A stretch of 44,831 nt of DNA from a virus, in the IMG/VR virus record IMGVR_UViG_3300036940_000089. The stretch is one strand, 5' to 3'. Every line of letters starts with the position of its first letter. Position 1 is the stretch's first letter. The notes below the pieces were generated by a model that saw only the letters and a program-made list of their open reading frames with translations, ran no database searches and was not told where the DNA came from. Positions 14,581 through 24,300 of this stretch are shown here, piece by piece. The position numbers and the translations under genes were made by a program.

Positions 14581-15534
14581 TCAATACATGGGTATCCATT
14601 CCGACCGTATCCTTTCTAGCCCGTTATCATTTGGGAACGCTTCGATAATCCAAAAGCCCACATGAGCCGCCAGCTTTTTACCGCGCATGAACTTGGTTTG
14701 TGAGCACCCCGTCCCGACCTCAAACGCCTGCACATTCCGGCAATCGAGTTGCACTGATTTGTGGGCGTGGCCGCTGAGTAAAATATGCGGTTTCTCGCCG
14801 CCAGATAGCCCCTCAATAAACTTTTGCAGCCGGTACGATAAAGCGTATGAAGCCCCGTCTCTGCCGTGCCACAGCATGATTTTAAGGCCGTTAACGGTAA
14901 TGGTCGCTTCGTCTTGTCCAAGGTGCGTGAAGTGCGGCACCATCTTTTCGATTTGCTTGCCGCTGATAAGGCCGATGTTGCCCTTCTCTTGGTACCAAGC
15001 GTCATGATTGCCGTCGATGGCCTTGACAGGGCATGGCGCTTGGTTGAGATAGGAGCAAGCGAGATCCACTTGTGCATCGAACCCAACAGCGTCAAGCTCG
15101 TAAATATGCCCCGGTCTGCCGCTCATGCCTTCCAGAATATCGCCAGCGTGAAGGATGCAAGACACGTTTTCCGATGCCGCCATGTCGCACAGCCTCCACC
15201 AGAAGTCAGGAGAGCTTTTGTTATGGCCCCAATGGGTGTCACCGCAGGCAATGAACTTGACGCTTTCGGTTCCCCACTCGTAATGCTTCGGCTGGCTCTT
15301 TTCCGGCTTCTTGAGGCTGCGAAGGATGACTTCGATTTCCGCATCCCGCAGATTGCTGACCTTTTCCAGCAAAGCTCCGCGCTTTACGTCGCCATTCCCG
15401 GCAAGCTCCCGGCGCTTTCGACGCAAAAAAAGGCGGGCTTTTTTCTCGCCCACCTTCGCTGCCTTCTTCAATCTGTCGCGGCCTATAGTCGGGTCAGCAC
15501 GGAAGGCCGCTTCCATGCGCTGTGTGTCTGTCAA
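14581..15534 (-). CDS. Calcineurin-like metallophosphoesterase with a basic ~90-aa N-terminal extension
   Basis: Motifs in order: ACGDTHWG, HAGDILEG, IDGNHD, SGHAH (D-x-H / GD / GNH / GH-x-H). TTG 15534 follows GGAGGG; an alternative start is ATG 15516. Confidence 0.8.
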   Translation of the reverse strand: MTDTQRMEAAFRADPTIGRDRLKKAAKVGEKKARLFLRRKRRELAGNGDVKRGALLEKVSNLRDAEIEVILRSLKKPEKSQPKHYEWGTESVKFIACGDTHWGHNKSSPDFWWRLCDMAASENVSCILHAGDILEGMSGRPGHIYELDAVGFDAQVDLACSYLNQAPCPVKAIDGNHDAWYQEKGNIGLISGKQIEKMVPHFTHLGQDEATITVNGLKIMLWHGRDGASYALSYRLQKFIEGLSGGEKPHILLSGHAHKSVQLDCRNVQAFEVGTGCSQTKFMRGKKLAAHVGFWIIEAFPNDNGLERIRSEWIPMY

Positions 15535-15596
15535 TTTCCCTCCGTGGGTGCGATTGCACCCTTATAGGGTACGCGGTCTTTGAACTCTTCCTTCTT

Positions 15597-15623
15597 CGCC
15601 CTATTCCACTGAGCTACGGGGCG
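15597..15623 (-). pseudogene. tRNA 5'-half-like fragment (acceptor strand plus D-arm), not a complete tRNA
   Basis: The minus sense reads CGCCCCG-TA-GCTC-AGTGGAATA-GGGC-G, a textbook acceptor/D-arm layout. No anticodon arm, no T-arm and no complementary acceptor 3' strand follow. Confidence 0.4.
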
Positions 15624-15659
15624 GTAAAAGCCGCAGACTCTGGACGCTAAGAATAGACC

Positions 15660-16328
15660 TCAGTTTTTGCATCGCATTTTTTGTGGTCTACCATTGGCAT
15701 CGCCTCCTTTCAAATACCGCTCATATTTCTTGTAGCGGTCAAAGAGTTGTCGTTCACATTTCCCAAAAACCTTTTCTAGCTGCATGTATGTTGATTTTGT
15801 TCTGTTCTTGTATTCGTAAACTTCACGGCATTTCTCTAAATAATTGGTGTTTCTTGTTGCTTTCGCCTTGTCTAGAGTTTTGGCCCATTTTTTTGAATGG
15901 CTTCTTGACAATCCTTTGTTCCATGGGCCTGGGTGTCTACCCTTATCAGCCATGTCCTGCATGTTGTCTGAATGAGTACCGAGAAATAAATGGTCTGGGT
16001 TAACACAATTTCTTACATCGCATTTGTGACAAACAAACATGCCATCTGATATCTCACCTTTAAACGCAATATAAGAAAGTCGATGTGCGGAAATTCTTTT
16101 GTCTTTATGCGTGGTTGAACCATATCCATTTGGAGCGATTGCGCCTTGCCACAGCCAGCAACCATTTTCATCAATAGTTATTTTGCTTTTTAGGCGCTCT
16201 TGTGTTTTCCCATAAATTATGGAAACCTTTTTAGGGTCGCCATATTTCTTAAATCTGTATAAATGTTTTGGACAATACCCGTGGGCGTGCGCTTTCCTAT
16301 CGCATCCGTCAACTTTGCAAATACTCAT
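15660..16328 (-). CDS. HNH homing endonuclease (HNH_3-type, free-standing)
   Basis: ENGCWLWQGAIAPNGYGSTTHKDKRISAHRLSYIAFKGEISDGMFVCHKCDVRNCVNPDHLFLGTHSDNMQD is the canonical phage HNH_3 pattern. The region is visibly more AT-rich than its surroundings. Confidence 0.85.
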   Translation of the reverse strand: MSICKVDGCDRKAHAHGYCPKHLYRFKKYGDPKKVSIIYGKTQERLKSKITIDENGCWLWQGAIAPNGYGSTTHKDKRISAHRLSYIAFKGEISDGMFVCHKCDVRNCVNPDHLFLGTHSDNMQDMADKGRHPGPWNKGLSRSHSKKWAKTLDKAKATRNTNYLEKCREVYEYKNRTKSTYMQLEKVFGKCERQLFDRYKKYERYLKGGDANGRPQKMRCKN

Positions 16329-16411
16329 TGCGTACCCTTCGCGCCCGATATTTAAAAGCGGCGGGATGGTCGGGTTGCCATCTTTTCGGGGATCAGCCTA
16401 GCCGCTCCAAA

Positions 16412-16435
16412 TGAAAAAGGCCGCTATCTGCGGCC
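16412..16435 (-). terminator. Rho-independent terminator after the endolysin gene
   Basis: The minus sense reads GGCCGCagatagCGGCC followed by TTTTTCATTT. Confidence 0.7.
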
Positions 16436-16488
16436 CTATATGCTATTTATTCGGCTATATACCTCCGTTTTTGCATCACACTTTTCCA

Positions 16489-16869
16489 TCAGTACAGCCA
16501 CGCCACTTGCTGGTCCTTGCCTTCGTCATAATCAACGTGGACAAAATCACGACCGACGCCAATGCGCGTAAAGCCTGCCGCGATAAGTGCCGCCAGAACC
16601 AGAAACCTGTGCCTGCTGCCGATGGTGGAAATGTCCGCAGCAAGGCCCTTAATATGTGATGATGTTGGCTTGGAACCGACTGCCGCATTGTGGCTTGGGC
16701 AGCGGTATCCGCTGGTGATTTTAAAGCGCACCCCGGCCATTTCTCGCGCCTCATCCAGTTTGTGCAGGAAAACGCGGTCTACTTTCTCAACTCCGCAGCA
16801 TCTGCACGAAAACTCGCCTGGTACGAAATGCTCAATCTCGTCCCACAGCCCTTTTTCAAACTTCGGCAT
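16489..16869 (-). CDS. Endolysin, peptidase M15A-type (zinc D-Ala-D-Ala carboxypeptidase-like) fold
   Basis: SGYRCPSHNAAVGSKPTSSHIKGLAADI...FVHVDYD contains the H..D..H zinc ligand pattern of M15 cell-wall peptidases. ATG follows GGAGGGTAACGC. Confidence 0.8.
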   Translation of the reverse strand: MPKFEKGLWDEIEHFVPGEFSCRCCGVEKVDRVFLHKLDEAREMAGVRFKITSGYRCPSHNAAVGSKPTSSHIKGLAADISTIGSRHRFLVLAALIAAGFTRIGVGRDFVHVDYDEGKDQQVAWLY

Positions 16870-16872
16870 GCG

Positions 16873-17100
16873 TTACCCTCCGATCTTGGACTTGAAACTC
16901 GCACCGACGATGAACAGAGCCAAAGCACCAAGCAGCACAAGAGCTATAAACCCGCGACGGATTGCGCTTGTTGACTCGCGGTAAATCTTGAGCAGAGTTC
17001 GGATGTCGTGGCGGTCATCTTCGGTAAATGTGCAGTCGTGGTTGATTTGTACCGCATCGGCAATAGCTTTAATGTCTTCGTCGGTAAGAGTCCGTTTCAT
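16873..17100 (-). CDS. Small protein with a C-terminal TM helix (holin/antiholin candidate)
   Basis: 75 aa ending in IRRGFIALVLLGALALFIVGASFKSKIGG, placed directly upstream of the endolysin. Confidence 0.5.
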   Translation of the reverse strand: MKRTLTDEDIKAIADAVQINHDCTFTEDDRHDIRTLLKIYRESTSAIRRGFIALVLLGALALFIVGASFKSKIGG

Positions 17101-17109
17101 TGGCCCACT

Positions 17110-17134
17110 AAAAAGCCCCGATTGACACCGGGGC
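17110..17134 (-). terminator. Rho-independent terminator after the tail fibre gene
   Basis: The minus sense reads GCCCCGgtgtcaatCGGGGC followed by TTTTTAG. It abuts the ATG at 17100. Confidence 0.65.
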
Positions 17135-17228
17135 AGTTGTTGGTTAAATTTCGAATATGAACACGAGATATGCGATATATTTTTATCTTTGCAGGATTTA
17201 CGTTTTAACGTTCCTGTTTTTGGTGCTT

Positions 17229-18335
17229 TTATAGCTTGACCATTACATTCATGAATGCTGTCGGCTGCATGTTATTATGCGCCTGGTCTCCACCTGTGGC
17301 CTCTATGATGTCGTCATTCAATGCCTGCGAATTGTTGAGAGACGCATCCAAAAAGCTCCCGCTATTGTCATCGAAGCCACCTTGGTCTTTAAGTGCATGC
17401 CCGTGGCTTGGCATCTCGTCAATAGTCAACTGGTGTGTTTCTTCCCCAACGATATCACCTAGCGACCTAGTAGTTAGCCCCGAACCAGACCCGACAATGG
17501 CTATTGCTCGCCCAACGATGGTCCCAACCTGGATAGGTTTATGCGCTGACCAGTCTGCGGATGCAGATGCCCCGCGTCCTCCAGCAACAGGGGCAACAGC
17601 GTCAGGTAGGTTGTTCCACAGCAGCGCATATAATAGTTCGCAGTCTGCGTTTGCTCTATTCGACGCGCCAGACGAAGCATCCCCGATAGTCCCGTCATCT
17701 GCCATAATCCAGCCAGAATCCGGCGTTGTCTTAATCGTCAGCTTAGCATCGCCTGTCGTCCAATATTGACCAACTGGAAGTTTTTCAACAGTTACGGCTC
17801 TGTCAGCTATCTTTGGCGCTGTAACAGAGCCATTCTCAAGAATTGTGTGTTGTGGAGTCTCGTTTATAAGAGCACTGCCGTCTTCGTTCCAAGAGAGAAC
17901 CTTCCCGGCTTCAGGTACCGGTATGGTTGTGTCAGCACCTGAAGTATCATAATCTGGCAGCTGGAAAGCGACATCAAGACGCCGCTTGATTTGCTGCACC
18001 TGCATAACAATGCGGTCAAGCTCTTGTTCCAGCGTGTCCGGCCTGAACCCGTCGCCCTGGATTAAGTCAAGCCGTTGCGTGTAATCAACGTTCCGCACGA
18101 CAATCAATTTCCCGTCGCTGTATGTTGCAACCGTAGTAAGCTCACCGCCACTTTCACTGCCCGCTCCCGTTAGGGTATAATCGGTTGTGAGCGTCAGAGG
18201 ATATGAAATGTCACCGGCTGCATCTTCACGATAGACCGTCAAATCTGAGTCTTGGAGGAAATAAAAAGGGACGGTATAAACCGTCCCCCCTGTGCAAACG
18301 AAAATTTGCTTGCTTGTCTCGTTGGATAGTGCCAT
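17229..18335 (-). CDS. Tail fibre protein with a phage tail-collar domain
   Basis: C-terminal GWIMADDGTIG...ELLYALLWNNLP...VGRAIAIVGSGSGLTTRSLGDIVGEETHQLTIDEMPSHGH matches the tail-collar (PF07484-like) pattern. ATG 18335 overlaps the giant-gene TGA (TGATG). Confidence 0.75.
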   Translation of the reverse strand: MALSNETSKQIFVCTGGTVYTVPFYFLQDSDLTVYREDAAGDISYPLTLTTDYTLTGAGSESGGELTTVATYSDGKLIVVRNVDYTQRLDLIQGDGFRPDTLEQELDRIVMQVQQIKRRLDVAFQLPDYDTSGADTTIPVPEAGKVLSWNEDGSALINETPQHTILENGSVTAPKIADRAVTVEKLPVGQYWTTGDAKLTIKTTPDSGWIMADDGTIGDASSGASNRANADCELLYALLWNNLPDAVAPVAGGRGASASADWSAHKPIQVGTIVGRAIAIVGSGSGLTTRSLGDIVGEETHQLTIDEMPSHGHALKDQGGFDDNSGSFLDASLNNSQALNDDIIEATGGDQAHNNMQPTAFMNVMVKL

Positions 18336-21300
18336 CACTCACCCTTTCTTTTTGGCAAGAATATGTTTGCCGCCGTCCCGTTGCCTTCTTCTATCTGGTC
18401 ATAACCTTTTTTCATGCGTCGGTATACTTGGGAGACGGGGACACCAGAAGCAAAGCTTGCGGCCTCCGCAAGCCCAAACATAACCTTTCTTGCATCGTCA
18501 GCGGTCGGGTCTGTAAGCAGATTGGCCGTGCTCCTCCCCGTTCGGCCAACAATGTTGACAAGCTCAAGTGCCGGGGTACTAACAATATCACCGTACCCGC
18601 GCCCCATGGCGTACTCAACCAAGTCGCGTACAATGGGAAGGCCCTGGACACTGCTTCCAATAACTTCTTTTGCAATCTCTTCAGGTTCTGGAGGTTCTCC
18701 AGTCCGCAACATGGCTAAAAAGATGATGGGTACAAGGGGTTGCGCCACCCCCGTTAAAAAGTTATGGAACAAAAACTCATGCAGAGACATTTTACCGGCG
18801 CGCCATGCACCCCAAGTAGCTCTTTGCAGATTACCAAAATTGCCAGCGAAGCCAAAAAATGGAGTAAACAGCCTTCCGATAGCCGACAACCCCTCGGTAG
18901 AGCGTTGCAGGTGCGACAAGTCCAGCGCATTGCCTGACGGCTGGATTTCTTTGATCTTCGTATCGGCATAATCAACGGCTTGCTCCACGTCGCCGTCAAA
19001 CTTGTCAAGCCCATCCCGATACGACCCAAGCCATGTTGGGAGGAAGGACACGGAGTCAGCCGCGACAATCCCAGCATAGCCAACAGCCATAATATCTCCA
19101 CGGCTCATGCCGAAGAATTTCTTTTCCGGCTTGAACTTCATCATCTGACGCCGAAAATCGTTATCATATGCCATATACCGTGACCGCATATATGGCGACA
19201 ATTTCATGATATTGTCAAAAGCTTCTTTCGGTCCTTTGATAAATTGTCCGTACCCGCGCAGCATGGTCGGGAGTCCTACCCTGGCCTGCGCCTGGAAAAA
19301 CCCGCCAAAGTTTTTCATGGCGGTAACAATATTCCATCCCATATAAAATGCGGAACTGCGCTTCATAGCCCATTGAATGGTTTTTTCCCAGCGTGTCCCG
19401 ACCATGCCGTCAGGTCTTATCATGTGCTTCAGGCTTGGCCTAACCATCTTGTAAAGCTCCGGCCCTAATACGCGGATGGCTTCGGCCTGGTAAGTCTTGT
19501 TCTGCGTTACGCGGTCAACGTCTCGCACGGTAGGAGCAAGGTGGATATATCTCAGCGTGTCGCTCAGATGCTCGCTAAGCACAGACATGGACAATTTTAT
19601 CGGAAGCTTAGAACCTGTGGCGGTGCGTTGCTTAGTAAACCCGGACTTTGCCGATGGGGTCTGTAAAACCGCTTCCTGCCGGGATGATAGGTCGCTCATT
19701 TCGTCCCACATTCCAGCCAAAAGCGATAGGCTCCCATCGTACCGGATTGGGAAGTACCCGCCGCGAAGCTCCACCGCCACTCCGTCTTTTGTTTGCACGG
19801 TGATTGGCTTAGCGTCAACCTTCTTGAGCCGGAAGTGGTTAAGCTTTAAGTGTACCTTGTCAACCTGCGGGTAAAGGTCGTTGATGCTGTCCCAAATGCC
19901 CTGTACGGCAGCCCAGTCCTTTTCTGAAAGAATGCTGGTTAGTTCCGCGAACTGCTCAACGGTCATTGGCGTACCGTCCACCGTGAAGCCTGCGGAAAGC
20001 CGTTGCAGGTTGTCGGCGTTGCCCATGTTAAGGGCGACCATAATAATGTGCTCGAAAGTCCAATGCCTGTTGTCCGGCTTGAAGCAGTCCGGCACCGGAA
20101 CGGTCGTGTCAACCTCCTTTCCGTGTTCCTTCCATGACGTAATCAGTTGTTCGAGGTGCGGGGTTATCTTGCCGCCCATCTCTTCGGTAGCCGCGTAGAA
20201 ATTATCCAGCCCCTTGGCGAGGGGGGTCCAAAGTTTGCGCTCGTTGACACCGGCCTTGCCCTTCTTACTGATATTGGCCCACCCGTCCATCTGCCGGAAC
20301 AGCCACAGGGGGATGCGCAGACCGGCAAAATACGACTCTTTCACGTCCTGCAACTTGCGCCGCAGGCTGTCGTGCTTCGCCAGCTTCTTGCCCTTCATCT
20401 TGGCTGCTTCCTGTACGGCTTCGGCTGCAAGGTCGGCAATGGCTGTTTTCTCGTCTGAGAGTAGAGCTTTTTTGACTTCGCGACCACGCCCGACGAGGAA
20501 TTTCAACAGGTCGTCCAGTTCCTGGATTTCGCCCCATGTCATTTCCGATGTGGCGCGAGTGTCGTTGTGCAGCCAATCGGAGAATACCGGAACACCCAGG
20601 GCGGTTATGTCGTCAAGATTGCCTGTTATACCGCTTAAAAACTCGCCAAGCTGTGGCGTGCCTTCGTCAACATTGAGCCTACGTGACACCATCTGGTTGC
20701 GGAGTAAAAGCTGGTTGATCTGCTGCCGGTATTCGTAAGCAACATCGGCCTTTACCGCACGTTTCCACCGTGCTTGCGTCTTGCGATAGGCTTCGTTCGC
20801 CCGATAGTGGGCAGCGATAAGAGATTCGTTAAGCCGCGCCTTTTCATTCAAGTCGAACGCCTTGGTCCAATCCTGCGCCTTGACGGCCTTAATGACCTGC
20901 TGACGCAACCGACGCGAAGCCACCAACAACTTATTGACCTTGATGGCATCGCCTACCTTCTGCCCGCCTGTGGTCTGGTCTGCCCATACGCGCAAGGCTT
21001 TACGGGTCAACGCTGCCCGTCCTTGTGCTTCTTTGCGCGCCAACCATTTGCTTTCAAGCTCCATCTGCTTACGGGCTTTTGCGGTCCTTATCGCTTCTTC
21101 CGTGGTCAGTTCCGCGTCGTGCTCGATGTCTAATTGAGCGACGCGCTGTTCTATCCACTGCGTTTTCGTCTTAGACTTGGATAACTCCTTGACGAATTCC
21201 CGCGCTGACTCGTAACCGGCTTCGATAGCTGCGTGCTCGATGTCGAGGCCGTCTTTTTTAAACAGCCCCTTTACATTCGGAAGCTTCACATCGCCGAACA

Positions 21301-24300
21301 GCCGCTTAACGCTGGACCTATCAATGCCGCCGCGTTCCACAAGCATGGTCATGGCCTTATAGACCGGCACTTCTTCAACTTCCGCCTTCGCCTGTTTGCG
21401 CCATTCCTTCAGTCGCTCGTCGAGTTTTGCGGTGCGCTGCTTGTCCTTCTTTTCTGCCGCTTCGGATTCGGACCCGTCAACGGTTTTTTTGTACTCCGCG
21501 ACCTCTTCCGGCGTCGCTCCGGCTTCCTTTAAAAACGCTTCATCAAAAACGGCGATTTGCGCGGCCATTTCTCGCGCCTGCTTGATTTCCTCGTCGGTGG
21601 CCACGAGCCTATCGAATACGCGCCTAATATCGTCGTTGATCTCCACCTGCAAGGCATCGGCGGTCTTGTAGATGTTTACCAGCCAGCGTTTGAACTGCCG
21701 GAAAGCGCCTATAAGACCTGTGGCCGGGGCTTCCCCTTCGCGTAAGTAAGCCTCAAAACCACGGGCGAATTGCTCGTGCTGTTCCGTGGTCAGCTCACCG
21801 TCAACGCCGAGCCATTCCTTAATGGCTTTCCACTCTTCGACCTGCACGCCGTAGGTTTCGGCTACGTGCTGCAAGTCGCTTAAAAAGAAATGACCAAGTT
21901 CATGCAGAAAGGTGGACAGGTTTGCGCTCTCGAAAAGCGTGATAAGCGTTTTCCCGTCGCCGGTAAGTATTGCACCACGGGGGGCGGTGTCGGTGCGGAA
22001 GAACGTACCTTGTCCTCCACCCTGATAAAGATGGTCTTCTCCAACCTTCTCGGCGACGGAGTTATCAAAAAGCATAGCCCCGTTGCTGGTCTTTATCCCA
22101 ACTATCTCGTTCGGCTCTATGACGTTTTCATAAATCCATTCATCAAATTGGCCGCGATTCCAGTCCCACATATCGGCACTGTCAACAATATCGGCAGGGT
22201 CCAGTGCCGCGACAAAATCATCAACGCTTAACTCTTCGACGGAAGCCGGGAGCCTGCCTTTCTCTTCATCCGCAAGATAAGCATCGCGTGCGAGTTCTTG
22301 GAACTCCGCAACCGGCATCAGCCTACTTATGGGTACGCGCCACGCAGTATCGCCAAAATGCGAGATAGCGTCCTGGTCATCGGCCCACTGCGACCATTCA
22401 TCTTCGTTCAGGGTTTCGCCCTTGAATCGGTAGACATATTCTTTTTTGCTTTGCTGAAACTGCACCTGCCCCAACTGGTGAAGCTCGGCAAACTCGTCAA
22501 AATTCTGCCGCTGAATGGTGATGCCGAATCGTTTTAGATGTTCCGCCGCTTCAATTCCGGTCAGCTTCGCCAAGACGTTGGCGCGGGCGATGATCGGCAT
22601 AATGCTGTACGAGGCGTTGTCACCCTTCACCCCTGCGTCTTCTAGCTGGGCCTTAAGGTCGGCTTCAATTTGATCTACCATGTCAGGAGAAATTAGACGC
22701 CGTTGCTCTTCATCGTACAGCTCTTTAATCCGGACGTTCGCGGCACTTTCGGCTTGCACATCGGCCTCGGCTGCGTTAACCGTGGTTTCCTCTGCGCTGA
22801 TACTCAGATCGTTCTGGAATAACGTCATGGCTTGGTCGGTACCGACGCCCGCAGCAACCTTCCCGAAGTCCATTTCTACTGCGCCACCGGTTTGTAACGC
22901 CGTGATAAGCTCGGTTCGGCTTACACCATACTGCTCCGCCCATGTCGTTACTTCCTGCTGAGTCATGCCCTGTTCATCGACCAGCGTTTCAATGATGCGG
23001 TCTGATTGAAGATATATCTTCTCCACGCCGTTTTTCCGCCCAACGCGGCTCATGAATTCGGCAAACGCTTCTGGCGACCGCTCCTTCAACCGCGACGCCT
23101 CGGCGGATGAGGCAACATCAACCATCTTGTTTTTCCGAACCTCCGCTTCCGTCTTGGCTTTGTGAGCGGCTTGGATGTCTCCGGCAAGGGTAACGCCACC
23201 TCCAGCCATGCCGAGCACCGCCATGCCTTTCCCGACCTTTGCGGCCACCTGTTGCAACTGCTCCATAGTCGCGGGGTCTTTGATCGTCTGCACAATGCCC
23301 TGGTCCTGCAACACCCCGCTGACGACAATGTTAGTCAATTCCTGCGCCATTTCGGTCGTAACTTCGCCGGTCCACGCCATTGCGTAGTTTTTGGCGAAAT
23401 CGAAAAACGCTTTGCGAATTGTCGGGTTGGAAAGCACCAAGCCCTTAACGCCGTTCGACATAACTTTTCGCAACCCAGGAATGACTTTCGCCAGAGCCGA
23501 AAAGCCGACCGTTTCTAGGGTGGCGTTGGCGACACCGACAAGCTCGGCGGCTACGGCGGCTGTTTTGTCGTCTATCTGGTTGCCTTCGCCGTCCTGCAAG
23601 GTGCGAAACTCGCGGAACGCCTGCCCCGCTTCCACGTCGTGCGCATGCTCGAAATACCCAACGCGGAGACCTATCCCAGCACCAGCCAAGGCCCCGGCAG
23701 GGGCGGTAATCGGTGCGGCAATCTCTCCGGTAGGTGTTGCGGCCACAGCTCCGGCACCGGCACCTGTTATAGCACCGGTCAAGCCGCGTTCCATAACTTT
23801 AGGCGACTTCATCGACTCGAACATTTGGCCGACAAGCTCAGACGCTGCCGGGATGAATGATGACAGGCCCGTATCTGTGGTCTCATAATTGCTGGCCGCG
23901 TCGAGCTTGGCGAGGTATTCAAGCTGATCGGGAGGTAAGTCTTTGCCCTGCAATATGAGCCGCCGCCGTTGTTCCCACAGCACCCCGCCCCGGTCCATTG
24001 CTTGTCCGGAAATGAATTCGCGGTATGTGTCGGTGCCCTTGACGAAACCAGGAACGAGAGACGAAGAAAGCCCCTCAATGTTCTTCACGGCCTCCGCGTT
24101 TACAGCTTCCTGCTGCTGCTTTTTCAAAGCGGATGTCTTTTCCTCAATGGTGGCGAGGTTCTCAAGATCGTCCTGTGCCAGCGACATGAACCATGCATCT
24201 CTCGTCTGCCCTACAAGCACGGGGGCGCGATCCCGCAACTTGTCGAAATCAGGCATATTTGCCGCCCTGCGAGCAACGTCAAGGTTGTCCTTGACAGCTT

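Noticed and set aside
14866-15567. Plus-strand ORFs antisense to real genes (14866-15567 of 233 aa, 31894-32838 of 314 aa, 24635-25441 of 268 aa, 12037-12624, 8932-9480, 23391-23888 and similar)
   Set aside because: Each lies fully inside a minus-strand gene with strong motif support. They lack SDs, have Arg/Ser/Pro/Ala-skewed composition typical of GC-rich antisense frames, and would break the otherwise uniform strand organisation.
15535-15660. Complete tRNA gene on the minus strand
   Set aside because: Only the acceptor 5' strand and the D-arm fit. No anticodon stem pairs, there is no canonical T-arm, and no complementary acceptor 3' strand lies within 100 nt.
19000-19060. KFDGD in the giant protein (LDKFDGDVEQ) as a possible DxDxD multisubunit-type RNA polymerase catalytic motif, by analogy to virion RNAPs of crAss-like and N4-like phages
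   Set aside because: The first Asp of DFDGD is missing (Lys instead). No double-psi beta-barrel context or T7-like A/B/C motifs were recognisable. The motif sits in a hydrophobic C-terminal region typical of ejection proteins.
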